The notes beneath the pieces were generated by a model, which was given only the letters and a program-made list of their open reading frames with translations, did no database searches and had not been told where the DNA came from. The position numbers and the translations under genes were made by a program. Source: a virus. From it: DNA of 64,000 nucleotides. The stretch is from positions 1-64,000 of the IMG/VR virus record IMGVR_UViG_3300005841_000936; one strand, written 5' to 3'. Within the stretch, counting starts at the first letter, position 1. Each line of letters begins with the position of its first letter. Positions 10,901 through 20,399 of this stretch are shown here, piece by piece.

Positions 10901-13900
10901 CTGTGCTAGGGTTTCCGACGTGATCGACCGCTTTGACACGGACCTTCCACTTGGTACCTGGCGCCACATCCCAATGGTATTTTGGATCGGTTGCCTGATA
11001 GACGACGCCGTTGGACCAATCGCCGTCGGGTGCAGCATCGCTGCCCAGATTGGGTGCGATCGCCACAGTGTAATATGAGACAGCAGGATCAGTGCTGGCT
11101 GTCCAACTTGCGTTGATGCTTGAAAGCTCGGCACCCGGCGTACCGGCACCAGCTGTGGTTGTGAGCGTGATCGTCCCAACGTTCGGTGGCGGGACTGTGT
11201 CGAAGTCAGCCGGATCGCCCTGCTTGGCCTTCGTCAGCGAGAAGACCTTATCGATAATCAGGCCTTCGAAATCAGTGCCCGTGTTACCGATCGCGCGGAA
11301 ATAGACTGAGGCAGCATCCTCGTCATTATTGAAACCACCACTAACCGCATAGGCGTTGTCGAAAAGAATATCGCCCCCGGAGAAGGCACCCGTCAGACTC
11401 TGAGGGTTGTCTTGAACAGTGATCGTGAAATCGGCGCTGACATCGATGTTATTATTGGTGATAATGAAATTGCCGAACGCCCCGGCATAGGTGATCACAT
11501 TGCCAAGATAATCGGCAGGCACCACGAAACTATCGTTAGTGAGATGAGCACTGACACCAGTGCCAGGTGGACCATCGATGCCATCCTGCACGGTGAGGAC
11601 GCTGGCCATCGCGTCGTACGTGATGCCGTCGAAGATGAAGGCACGCACCACCATGCCGTTAGTATCATTGGCAGTGATCAGCGCGTCGAAGGCATCGCTG
11701 TCGATCGTAAGAACTTCGCCATCACCGCCAGAGATTGTGAAGATTCCAGCGAACTCGGTCGCTGCGTTTCCGTCGCTCGTGTCAAGAATGGCAGCGCCAG
11801 CACCGATCATCGGTGTGACACCGTCGCCTTTGAAGATCTGCCAATTGATTGGCGAGACGCTGTTCTGACGATAGGCTGCGAACGACGTCGTTTGCGGGGT
11901 GATGACGCCCGACGTGTTGTAGTGGAACAGCGAGTGACTGGCTGAGATCGTGATGCCGATCACGCTCGAGCCAGGCGCCCCGTCCTCGCCCTTCGCGACC
12001 TTCAGTATGCTGATCTTGTCGGTGACCTCGCCGACCTGACAAATGACGATTATGCCGTTCGTTGCAGCCGAGGCTGCGTGATAGCTATCGATTGTGATGG
12101 TCGCAGTCAGGCCAGTCTGCGTGAGCGATCCATCGCCATTGTCGGTGACCGTCCCCGTGCCATCGATGTAGGGATTGGCGTCGATCAGGACCCCGTCGAT
12201 CGTGGTCAGCGTGAACCGCGCATCGAGCGTGGTGCCCACCTTATTGATCGTCAGATGAATGTCCTGCGTCGCATCGAACGGCTCAGGCAATCCGTCACTG
12301 CCGTATCCAATTGTCTGCCGATCGGTGATCAGCGACATGGTGTACCCAGCCAGCGACTTGGAAATCGAATATTGCTTGTCGACTTGGTACCCGAGCCAGT
12401 GGCCGCGAAGCACAGCACTGCCCTGATTTGAGGTAAGATCAGTGACCAGATAAACGCCGGTGTCGGGGTTTATGCTGATGCTCAGTCCGCCGGTTACGGT
12501 GCCGGAGACGACCTCGAAGCTGTCTCCTTCAACGATGACACCATTGGCATTCTGAAGGATGAAAGTTCCACCAGCCTCTGAGTAATCGCCGCCGGTGCCG
12601 TCGGGGTTAGTCGCAACGGTGTGGCTCTCGTTGGTGAGGTAACCGATCGGTGCGTATGCAACATCATCAAGCACCTCTTCAGTGCCAGACAAGGGAACAG
12701 ACTTGATCCCGCGGCGATCGATTGTGCGGATTTCAAAATACCAGAATCCAGGCTCGGGGTTCTGGATTTCAACGCGCGTATCAGTCGTCGTGCCGTAGGG
12801 GATTAAAGGTCCGTTGTTGAACCGATAGGCAACATCGTAGCCGGAAACATATTTGGAAGCGGGCCGCTCCCAGTCGACGTTGAGCACCTTCTTGATGACA
12901 AAGTCGGATTGAAACAAATCGACGCTGAACATGCCGTCGGCAGGTTCGATCGGTGGAGGGCAAGTGGCGTTGGGAACCTGCGCCTCGATCGCCGCAGGAT
13001 CGACAGCATCGGCCGCAGCGTATTTGCCGGTATCAACCTCAAGCGCCGTGATCGTGACACGCTCACCGTCATCGCCCTGGCTGATGTCGAGGATGCGGTA
13101 GGTGCGAGGGTTGGTTGGCAAGCCGGTTGCTTCGAGAGCAATCGGAGCATTCTCCGGCGTGTTGGCTGGCAGTGCTGTTGTGAGCGTGATGACCTTGACG
13201 TCACCGCGAGCAGATCCTGCCGAGACGGCGGCACTGATCGCTATCGTCGGCTTGTCCCAGTCCGCACTGGCCGGCTGAGTGCTAGGCTCTGGGTTATAGT
13301 TCGGGTTCGGAACTGTCAGCCAAATCTTGTAGGCGGCACTGGGTTCGAGCCGTAGCGTGTCGCGCAGGGTAATCTGCGTGCGACCCGCATTCATTGAGAT
13401 CATCCGCCCCATCGTGCGATTGTCGGTTTCATCGCTGTCGGTGAGGAACGTGGATCCTGACGGCAGCTGATATCCCAGCGACCCGTCGGCAATCAGAATG
13501 TTAGATAGGCGCTCAAGATAGCGGCCTTGTCGATTGGTCGTGAAGCTGACCATTCGATATTCGTTGAGTGACGCGCGCAGACGCAGGAACGCTCGGCGAT
13601 ATGCTTCCTGCCGATTGGTGCAGCCAATGCCGACCACTGTCGTCGGCTTACGACCGTTGATGTCGATATCAGCCTGGTCCCAAACCCGGACCCGGTCCTC
13701 GCGATAATCGAACTCAGCGTTCAGAAATGAGAACGTGATGTCATTGTATCGAACGTCAACATCGGTGTGACTGTAGTTGAATTCGCCTTCGATGTTGTGA
13801 TCGGTGAACGTGGCGATCGCTGACTCAGGCTTATCCAGCTTCATTCGCCAGACGCCGTTGCCCTCATCCCAGGCAACACCACCAACGGCACCGGCCATGT

Positions 13901-15149
13901 ATCGAATGAATTCGTCGGCCTTCTGCGGCTGGTCGACGTACATGTTCAGCGAGTAGCGCGGGTGAAATCCACCATCGCCGTCAGGGACCAGCGCGCTGCA
14001 ATATTTGGAGACGTCGAGCGCGTCCCACTTATTCAGGTACGATCCCGGAGCGAGCGCCGCGATGCCGCAGACCCCATCAGAAATCGCATCATTGATGATC
14101 CATGCCGGATCGGTCGTGAACGACTTTGCCCACGACCCATTCCAGGTGGTGGCCGTGTACTGCCGCGTGACTGGGTTATAGACCGAGCTGTTCGGAACGC
14201 TGACAATCTTGGTGTCATATTCGCCCCAGATCTCTGGAACGCCCGTGAGCTTGTCAGAAGCGACACCGTAGAGCGTTAGCCAGGCGAGGCCGGCCCATTC
14301 TTCGTCAGCGCCAAGATCAGTCTTATAGACCGCGGCGGCGGATTCCCACTGGATCGTACGCTTTTCGAAATTCGGATCGTCATCAACGGTTTCGAGCTCG
14401 ACCAGTCGTACGCGAATGTCCCAGCCAACACCGGCATAGTCGCCAGTATTTGGTATCGCGACGCGGAGCTCATGAACGTAGGGACTAGTTGTCTTGCCAT
14501 GGATCTGGAGCAGGCCGGAGGTTGCCGTGTACGTCCGTTCGTATTCTCCCGATCCGTTAGGGACGTCGGAATACTCATCCCGCATTGGGATGAGTCGAAT
14601 GCCCTCTTCGAATTGGATGCCGAAGGCACTGTACACTGGCTCAACTGTCGGGCTGTTGATCAGCGGGTTGACCCACGTTGCAGTACCCGACGGCTTCATC
14701 TCGATCTGGAGATTTGCCGTGTGCTCGAAGATGCCCTTCTTGGTCTGACGATAGAGCTGCGAGACAACGAAGCGCAGATCGATAAAGTCAGCGCCCGTGT
14801 TGGGCACAGTCTTGGTGACGTAAACGCCCGTGCCGGTCGTATTCGATAGCTGAAGGTTAACCGGCACCGGTGCGGCGCCGTTGCCCAGCTTCAGGCCTGG
14901 CTTCTGCGGCCAAAGCAGCGGATCGCCATTGGCAATGACCGTGACAAAGCCAGGGAAGTTCGAACTGCCGTCGACATCCTCAAGCGGCGTGCCATCAATC
15001 TTGATCGATTTCAGACCGTTGGTCGGGCCGACAATCGGGCCCGAGCAGAGGCCAAGTAGCCCTTCGAAGGTGTCATCGCTGCGGAGAGAGTCAGGGCGCT
15101 GGGTGAAGGCCCCGCCCCCACCTTTGGAGCCTGATATCGAACGCCGCAT
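7959..15149 (-). CDS. Tail tip / host specificity protein J-like (2396 aa) with FN3 and putative carbohydrate-binding modules
   Basis: N-terminal GSKGGG, GPIVGP, TTDPAWI and GCTNRQEAYR motifs; FN3-like VRVKAVD and WLKAVDTSGN. Confidence 0.85.
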   Translation of the reverse strand: MRRSISGSKGGGGAFTQRPDSLRSDDTFEGLLGLCSGPIVGPTNGLKSIKIDGTPLEDVDGSSNFPGFVTVIANGDPLLWPQKPGLKLGNGAAPVPVNLQLSNTTGTGVYVTKTVPNTGADFIDLRFVVSQLYRQTKKGIFEHTANLQIEMKPSGTATWVNPLINSPTVEPVYSAFGIQFEEGIRLIPMRDEYSDVPNGSGEYERTYTATSGLLQIHGKTTSPYVHELRVAIPNTGDYAGVGWDIRVRLVELETVDDDPNFEKRTIQWESAAAVYKTDLGADEEWAGLAWLTLYGVASDKLTGVPEIWGEYDTKIVSVPNSSVYNPVTRQYTATTWNGSWAKSFTTDPAWIINDAISDGVCGIAALAPGSYLNKWDALDVSKYCSALVPDGDGGFHPRYSLNMYVDQPQKADEFIRYMAGAVGGVAWDEGNGVWRMKLDKPESAIATFTDHNIEGEFNYSHTDVDVRYNDITFSFLNAEFDYREDRVRVWDQADIDINGRKPTTVVGIGCTNRQEAYRRAFLRLRASLNEYRMVSFTTNRQGRYLERLSNILIADGSLGYQLPSGSTFLTDSDETDNRTMGRMISMNAGRTQITLRDTLRLEPSAAYKIWLTVPNPNYNPEPSTQPASADWDKPTIAISAAVSAGSARGDVKVITLTTALPANTPENAPIALEATGLPTNPRTYRILDISQGDDGERVTITALEVDTGKYAAADAVDPAAIEAQVPNATCPPPIEPADGMFSVDLFQSDFVIKKVLNVDWERPASKYVSGYDVAYRFNNGPLIPYGTTTDTRVEIQNPEPGFWYFEIRTIDRRGIKSVPLSGTEEVLDDVAYAPIGYLTNESHTVATNPDGTGGDYSEAGGTFILQNANGVIVEGDSFEVVSGTVTGGLSISINPDTGVYLVTDLTSNQGSAVLRGHWLGYQVDKQYSISKSLAGYTMSLITDRQTIGYGSDGLPEPFDATQDIHLTINKVGTTLDARFTLTTIDGVLIDANPYIDGTGTVTDNGDGSLTQTGLTATITIDSYHAASAATNGIIVICQVGEVTDKISILKVAKGEDGAPGSSVIGITISASHSLFHYNTSGVITPQTTSFAAYRQNSVSPINWQIFKGDGVTPMIGAGAAILDTSDGNAATEFAGIFTISGGDGEVLTIDSDAFDALITANDTNGMVVRAFIFDGITYDAMASVLTVQDGIDGPPGTGVSAHLTNDSFVVPADYLGNVITYAGAFGNFIITNNNIDVSADFTITVQDNPQSLTGAFSGGDILFDNAYAVSGGFNNDEDAASVYFRAIGNTGTDFEGLIIDKVFSLTKAKQGDPADFDTVPPPNVGTITLTTTAGAGTPGAELSSINASWTASTDPAVSYYTVAIAPNLGSDAAPDGDWSNGVVYQATDPKYHWDVAPGTKWKVRVKAVDHVGNPSTGWSATAAITAATDAVAPGVPVGVGLEPSIGTIFIKWTNPSAVDLSAVEIWENIVNDSSTATKITTVKATASTAGRFTRGGLTAGSTRYYWLKAVDTSGNASAFTSVAFTTTAIAGTADIAVNSIVTNHMAVGSILGDRIVVDSLDANRLTATSILADTLVIGAGGPQLGSVADNALVARSSNLLPMDKWVVGPVSTTVTQPDFDAEFPAADSIALLPGPDSVPEPVWVCTNNAAPGGGFLSRVGTGQGFDATKTYVYSVYIKRTTDAASGFQLGFDLSDTYDVTTGAYNPNPIGAGISTDLLQKGKWYIAAAVVYGSGFSGTITRLSGIFDPATGAAVSLTTADYTQKNAPGGTHQALRVIHYGGSGVMAGLQIARPCIEELGSGSTILDTIKGPGGGANLFPDASFETGLPTKVNYADGGGVSLTLQTTGGAVASPNFVRADAAGGHYFYYPGSAFVAQSDKVMISVWLKDSGVAGVGTGGPPPDNPFPVSFGLTTNLSTHNIFAGSGKLTFQPATGSGWTRFSGAITGLTPGTTYYVEQQVEGSAGRRMVDMDAIMVEHGGVANDFALRTYDQVAPRVNAQQTLITAGKISLTGATPLSSWLYGPDQSLFNGGFIAANSVAANAVVVGLRGLQFAGLEFEANRSTVGSATVTPNTIAWTAGTINYINDAGVSTTASISAGSAAWSSGTIFLYWVKGATTISSTTVAATANAANNVNLGTYRGGTDATITMGRTIIDGSDITTGTINASKLLAGSITAAQISSVAGITGGQIAGTTITGGNIVTGTLLGSHLAANTITSNELSTANLITLTAQIGNGIITNLKIGTGAVDTLKIAGNTVTVPTIITFGDISVPNSGAVVTIGTTSNVVVGDAIGGMALITVSGHFDGTVDIDAAVQIYLDISTNGGASFSLAVKTWRCGARSTGSSTYSFAPWSAQYQVAGVTQVVARLRAVSIAMGPGAGLRASAVREPTVVILGGKR

Positions 15150-15217
15150 TCGTCAGGCTATAGGCACACCACGGCGGTGGCCTTTACGGTGAGCTGTGAA
15201 TTAGAACTGCACCACCG

Positions 15218-16450
15218 TTAGGCGGCGAACGCCCGCCGCGTCATGGGCGCGCATTTTAGGGAAAGCCGCGCGCGAACCTCCTGGATTGGCAGCGTCCGAC
15301 GGCCGACCTCACCATAGGTCTTGCTGCGCAGCACGGTGCTCATGCACTGGCGACTGCGATAGCCACCGTCGTGCGCCCATTTGTCGAGAGGAGCGAGATT
15401 GTTCCAGCTTTCCACCGTGATGCTCGGGTGCTCTTTGACCTGCATCTTATGATGGATGTGGCCCATGTCGATGTAGTGGAACTCGGTCTCGCCAAAGTCC
15501 TCGCGGAAGTCTGTTATCATCACGCCGATCAGTCGCGCCGGCGGGCACTTGTGACCATGGTGTGTCATGACCAGGGTCTTGCCCATTCGATAGCCCATGA
15601 AGACGGTGCTGTTGTCGATGACGTGGACACGCCCAGTGTGCTCGAAAGCTTGGCGGATCATCTCTGCCATCCAGATGTCGTTCGTCTCGCTGTGATTGCC
15701 GCGGTTGATCAGAACGTCGACAAACTTGGCCTTCGTCAGAGCTTTCTCGACCATCCAGCGCATCAGACCGCTATAGACTTTGATCATCTTCGGGAACCGG
15801 CCATCGTAGTCTAGCGCGTGTCCGCTCGCCTCGGTGGTGCCCGACATGTTCTCATAGTGGGTGAAGTCTCCGAGGTCATTGATGACCAGACGCTCGGTGT
15901 TGGGAAGTTCATCGATCAAAATGCTGAAGGCCGCAGAGAGCTCCTCCTTGGCGATCTTAAGATCGAAGTTCTGGCCCGTCTCTGCGGCGTGCGCAAGCAT
16001 ACCAAGATGAGCATCACCGATCTGGATCCAAGGGATGATGTCGGTGTCGTAATCAAGCGGCCCTGGGTTCGTCGGCGTGATAGATGGGACGTTGTCGTTG
16101 ACAAAGCTCTCCGTCGCGATCCGCAACATCTCTTGATATTGCTTGTCGTCCAACCGGGTCTTCGTCCATTGGAGCATCTGCTCGCGTGACCCATCCGAGT
16201 GAACCCGCTCCAGTGTCGAATGGCCGCGTGCTACGAACGGCGCGGGAATGCGAGAATTGAGACCGTAGTCCGGCGCGTAGCCGTGGGCTGCGGCCTTCTT
16301 CTCGACGGCCTTGAGCCCCTTATAAAGCATCTTGCGATGGACACCGAGCGCCTTCGCCGCCGCGCGCTGGTTACCATCATTGTCATTGATCGCGTCGATG
16401 TACCGTGCCTGTGCGGGGGTTGCCCACTCTTTCAATGCTTCATCAATCAT
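15218..16450 (-). CDS. HTH plus calcineurin-like metallophosphoesterase
   Basis: NQRAAAKALGVHR HTH; GDAHLG, LGDFTH, GNH, HHGH and GHIH metal-binding motifs. Confidence 0.75.
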   Translation of the reverse strand: MIDEALKEWATPAQARYIDAINDNDGNQRAAAKALGVHRKMLYKGLKAVEKKAAAHGYAPDYGLNSRIPAPFVARGHSTLERVHSDGSREQMLQWTKTRLDDKQYQEMLRIATESFVNDNVPSITPTNPGPLDYDTDIIPWIQIGDAHLGMLAHAAETGQNFDLKIAKEELSAAFSILIDELPNTERLVINDLGDFTHYENMSGTTEASGHALDYDGRFPKMIKVYSGLMRWMVEKALTKAKFVDVLINRGNHSETNDIWMAEMIRQAFEHTGRVHVIDNSTVFMGYRMGKTLVMTHHGHKCPPARLIGVMITDFREDFGETEFHYIDMGHIHHKMQVKEHPSITVESWNNLAPLDKWAHDGGYRSRQCMSTVLRSKTYGEVGRRTLPIQEVRARLSLKCAPMTRRAFAA

Positions 16451-17016
16451 GGGATACTCGCTGGAAAAGTGCCAAACACCATCTTGTTCGCATCAGACTG
16501 AAGGCTCAGCCAATGACCCGAAAGACGGACTCTGCCCCAAGCTAGGGCCCGAGGAGTCCCAATGGCAGTCGTATTTCGGTTGATACCAAGGTACTTGCTC
16601 GCTGGCGGGTCCGACGATTTGCTGACCGTGGGTGCCTTCATGAATAAACCCATGACTCCGGTGAGCATCAGACTGACACCAGCCGTGATCAAAGTCGTGT
16701 GCAGGGCAAAGCCAAAGACCGCGAGTTGCGGTGCTAAAATTGCAGTGGCAATAAGCGCCGCGCCTAGGAGAATCGCGCCGAACTTGCCACCGCCTCCGTA
16801 CATGCGGGGGACCAGATGGATTTCCTCAACACCTTCGGCGACAGGTGAGAACAACTTGGCCTGCGTGTCAGCATCGATGACATCGATCAGCATATCCCGC
16901 GGCCAGTCCAGACACTGCCGACTGAGCCCCTCGATCGCGTCGGCAGGAATCTGGGTCTCAATGTAATGGTCTCGGCCAAAGCGCTTCGCGAGCGGGCCGT
17001 GAAGAACAATCCTCAT
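16447..17016 (-). CDS. Tail assembly protein I-like (ubiquitin-like domain)
   Basis: IVLHGPLAKRFG...IHLVPRMYGGGG, hydrophobic segment, GTPRALAWGRVR. Confidence 0.8.
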   Translation of the reverse strand: MRIVLHGPLAKRFGRDHYIETQIPADAIEGLSRQCLDWPRDMLIDVIDADTQAKLFSPVAEGVEEIHLVPRMYGGGGKFGAILLGAALIATAILAPQLAVFGFALHTTLITAGVSLMLTGVMGLFMKAPTVSKSSDPPASKYLGINRNTTAIGTPRALAWGRVRLSGHWLSLQSDANKMVFGTFPASIP

Positions 17017-17357
17017 GACTGCACCACCAGACCTTCCTGGACGATGTAAGTCTTCACCCACACCGTACGGTCGACGACGCCAACAATATAATGGGTCAAT
17101 TCAGGCCAGGCCAAGAACGCGGCGTAGTCCTCACCACTAAGATTCGGATCTCCGCCCGGGTGCGTGTGCCATGTTGCCTGCGGGTCCTTGTCCATGATTG
17201 GCGCGCTCTCGGTGGGGTCCATGACGAAACCCGCAACCGGATCGGGGGCAATATTCCTAACCTCAACAACGCGACCGCGCTTCGTTACGAAGCCACACCG
17301 CTCTTCAAGGTCAGTCGGGCGCAGCATGGCGCTAAGCTTGGACTGGATGTCGGGCAC
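17013..17357 (-). CDS. JAB/MPN metallopeptidase (lambda gpK N-terminal domain equivalent)
   Basis: ERCG...WHTHPGGDPNLSGED JAMM motif. Confidence 0.85.
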   Translation of the reverse strand: MPDIQSKLSAMLRPTDLEERCGFVTKRGRVVEVRNIAPDPVAGFVMDPTESAPIMDKDPQATWHTHPGGDPNLSGEDYAAFLAWPELTHYIVGVVDRTVWVKTYIVQEGLVVQS

Positions 17358-17796
17358 GAAGCAGACTCCCTATGTCTATGTCGGGAAGGACCGGTTGAAG
17401 ATTGGGAACGTCGGGGTGACGCAGCAGGTAACACGTCGCCGAACGCCAGTAGTCTCGGTAGGTGACGGCGGCAGAATTGCGCCCATAGAGGTGATGGATC
17501 ATCAGGTTATCGCCAACGAAGATCGCAAAATGGTTGGGCTTGGACTCGTTGATCGCCAGACAAAGCACATCGGCCGGGCGCAGATCCTTCGCGGTCCAGT
17601 CGGTGATCATCTCAAAGCCTTCACGCTCATAACAAATGCTAATGAGATCGAGCTGGTCTGAGCTCCAATTGGTGGGGCGTGCGTAGTCGGTGATCTCGAT
17701 ACCGAAATTCTGCTGAAAGAAATCTCGCAGCAAAGTCAGGCAATCGGACACGCCCCACACAAATGGGCGATCGAGCAGATTGTCGTAAACGATCAT
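17332..17796 (-). CDS. NlpC/P60 tail protein (gpK C-terminal domain equivalent)
   Basis: FVWGVSDCLTL...NHFAIFVG..MIHH. Confidence 0.85.
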   Translation of the reverse strand: MIVYDNLLDRPFVWGVSDCLTLLRDFFQQNFGIEITDYARPTNWSSDQLDLISICYEREGFEMITDWTAKDLRPADVLCLAINESKPNHFAIFVGDNLMIHHLYGRNSAAVTYRDYWRSATCYLLRHPDVPNLQPVLPDIDIGSLLRARHPVQA

Positions 17797-18290
17797 CCGA
17801 TCATCACCGCGGGGAATGCGGGCGGATAATACTGGGACAGCGGCAATGTGAAGGCGGTGTTGTCGGAGGCCGTCGACAGGGACAGGGTGATGATGCTGCT
17901 GTTATAGTTCTCCGGCCGGCGAACGCGGTAGAAGGTGCGCTCGCTGATCGCCAAGTTGGCGATTATGTTCGAGAGCAGAACCCGATAATGCGTGATGATA
18001 GCACCGTCGAGATAGCCATCATGCACCAACGGCTTGAAGAATGAGAGGTCCGTGTTCTCCTGACCGACAACCAGCCGTGGCTGGCTAGAGCCGCCATCCG
18101 ACGATCGCTTCAGTCCTGTAAAGGAAAGTGGAAGGCCGGTGTAATCATCACCTCGCCAGGTGATGTCATTGTCGGCCTTGAAGTAAATTGTGCCGCTGCC
18201 GTCGTTCGGTACCAGCTGGAACAGGTCGATCTCTGCGTCGGCCGTAAGCTTGTGGGCTTCGGCGATATGCTGAGATGGGATGTTGGGCAC
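17793..18290 (-). CDS. Minor tail protein L-like
   Basis: ITWRGDDYTGLP..G..PRL pattern; position upstream of K/I/J. Confidence 0.7.
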   Translation of the reverse strand: MPNIPSQHIAEAHKLTADAEIDLFQLVPNDGSGTIYFKADNDITWRGDDYTGLPLSFTGLKRSSDGGSSQPRLVVGQENTDLSFFKPLVHDGYLDGAIITHYRVLLSNIIANLAISERTFYRVRRPENYNSSIITLSLSTASDNTAFTLPLSQYYPPAFPAVMIG

Positions 18291-18363
18291 CGCAGTGGTT
18301 TAAGTCCCACCTCGAGCGACGGTCGATGTTCGGCTGTGAATTAGCAGGGGTGGTGGAGGGGAC

Positions 18364-18390
18364 AAAAAGAAAGGGGCCGAAGCCCCCTTC
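18364..18390 (-). terminator. Intrinsic terminator after the tail tube gene
   Basis: - strand AGGGGGC-TTCG-GCCCCTT followed by TCTTTTT. Confidence 0.75.
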
Positions 18391-18419
18391 CCCTCTATGG
18401 ATGCCAGAGGAAGGCAATA

Positions 18420-19259
18420 TCAGCCGGCATAAACCTTGCCGACAACCGTGGTGCCGATCTCAGCCAGTCGTCCGGTGGCCTCGGAAGTCGTGAGAAGCGC
18501 GGGACGCATTTCCCAAGGCATCGAGCCATATTCGGTTTCGGTGAACGACAGATTGAAGCCCTTCACGATCGAGACCTTGGGCGCAATGAAGACAACCGGA
18601 CGGTCGAAGTTCGCAAGCGTTCCGACAATCTTAACCGAGAACAGATCGTTGACGTTCGAACCAACGCCCACCTCGTTGACTACCCAGACGCGCGAGCCAA
18701 TCGGAAAGCTCATGCCGGCCGGGATTGCGTACGGCGCTGCAATCGGCACGGTGAAGGTACCGGTCGACAAGGTAGCAATGGCGGAAGCTCGGGTTGGGAA
18801 GACGTAGACCGTCTCATCACCCACGCGCTGGATGAGGAGTGTCGCGCCGGCCGGGATATCCGCTGCAAGCGTCAGATCCGAAGCAGAGTCACCCGGAATA
18901 GGATCTGAGATAAGCGTGAGAGAAACTGCAGCGGCCGCGGCGTTCGCGGTCAAAACACCGCGCTTCACCTGGATAGCGGTACCGTTGACCGACAGGGCGC
19001 GCATCATGTTCTGCGCCGTGAATTCCTTGATCGACGCAGTGATGCTCGCCTGCACGTTGGTACGCTTGGTGTCGACCACCGTCTGCGTGATGCCGTTGAG
19101 AAGATCGATGTTGGAAGAATCGAGCGTGACCGCGATCTCGTTGGCCATGCCGACAGAGTGGGCTGCGGGGGTAAGATCGAAAGGAGACGTACCGCCGAAC
19201 GGCGCCATCATCAGTGTGGCGCTCGAGAGCATAAATGCATTCTTTTGGACCTGCGCCAA
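18420..19259 (-). CDS. Major tail (tube) protein
   Basis: 279 aa, beta-rich; AGGAGG RBS, TTG start, followed by a strong terminator. Confidence 0.65.
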   Translation of the reverse strand: MAQVQKNAFMLSSATLMMAPFGGTSPFDLTPAAHSVGMANEIAVTLDSSNIDLLNGITQTVVDTKRTNVQASITASIKEFTAQNMMRALSVNGTAIQVKRGVLTANAAAAAVSLTLISDPIPGDSASDLTLAADIPAGATLLIQRVGDETVYVFPTRASAIATLSTGTFTVPIAAPYAIPAGMSFPIGSRVWVVNEVGVGSNVNDLFSVKIVGTLANFDRPVVFIAPKVSIVKGFNLSFTETEYGSMPWEMRPALLTTSEATGRLAEIGTTVVGKVYAG

Positions 19260-19353
19260 AATGGCCTCCTATCAACGGATCAAAACTGGTTGATCCTCTC
19301 TGAGAGCCTGCGAAGGTTCACTCAACGATGGAGCAGCGAACCGCGGTCAACCG

Positions 19354-20037
19354 CTAGAATACTGACGGCGGCGCGAGACGGGCTCCTTTCTTGACATTAT
19401 CGAGCCACCAGAGCGGCTGTAGGTTAGTGTAATGGCAAGCACGCAGAAATTGTTCTCGATCGGACAGATCAAAAAGCGCTAACGGAATTTTATGATCTAT
19501 ATGCCAACCATGCCGACCATAATTCTCCCACGTCATCCCGGGGAGGAACTGATCTTCCAGATGATCTCTTAAATCTTTATAGTTGCATCCGAGGTCTCGT
19601 ACCGCTGAACCCGCCCTATTGGAGTCTCGGCTCACGGCTTGACTGAGCCTACTTCGAAGAACTGCTATAACCCTAACGAGGGGATCCTGCCTTTTCTGTT
19701 TCCCTCTAATTCGGCGAACAGCATTTACTTTTTCACTGTTATTCCTTCGGTAGTTTGTTGCAGCTACTATTCTATCGCTACGTGTTCTCTGATAATAACT
19801 TGCCCTGAAAGCACTAACCTTTTATGGGTTCTTAGCATTGTACCTGTTAGTTTTCTCGACCGCCTTACGCTTTCGCCAGATAGTTTTCTCCTCGTCCGAT
19901 AAATGCTTCGGACAATGATTAGAAACGGTGAGACCAGCCTTCATCCTCCGGTTGACCTCGCGCTTACGAGCTCGTTCGGCAACGATCTTCGCCTGTTCCT
20001 CGGCAGGCAAATGAGAGATGTCGCGCTTAGCTGCCAT
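19354..20037 (-). pseudogene. HNH endonuclease with one in-frame nonsense codon
   Basis: ORFs 19822..20037 and 19354..19635 are one frame broken only by TAA at 19822-19824; GMTWENYG..WHIDH..P...CHYTNLQPLW..N..K motif. Confidence 0.85.
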
Positions 20038-20180
20038 TCGATCTTCCTAACCCGACGTGATCACGATGTGAATCCCCTGTCGGATGGAACTGACTGAGTA
20101 TCTTTGACAATTCACAGGCCACCATCGACCCCCACTGATCAGGGACCGTAAGAAGAGATCACCACTCTCAACCGGAGCCC

Positions 20181-20399
20181 ATGATGGTCAACCCCAAACA
20201 AAAGTATCGCAGCTTCACGATCCGCGTCCCGACTGACCTCTATCTGAAGATCGCGAATGAGGCACAGAACGACGGCGTTTATTTGAACCAGAAAGCCAAC
20301 CAGCTTATTCGGCTCGGCCTTGGTGAGCACATTTCCCTCGACGCCGCGCTGCGCGCAATGTTGATGGAGAAGGTTTCGCAGCCGGAGGTGGTGGAATGA
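20181..20399 (+). CDS. Arc-like ribbon-helix-helix DNA-binding protein
   Basis: SFTIRVPTDLYLKIANEAQNDGVYLNQ matches the RHH pattern. Confidence 0.7.
   Translation: MMVNPKQKYRSFTIRVPTDLYLKIANEAQNDGVYLNQKANQLIRLGLGEHISLDAALRAMLMEKVSQPEVVE

Noticed and set aside
19822-19824. Stop-codon reassignment as an explanation for the in-frame TAA
   Set aside because: TAA, TAG and TGA all end intact genes elsewhere; no suppressor tRNA seen
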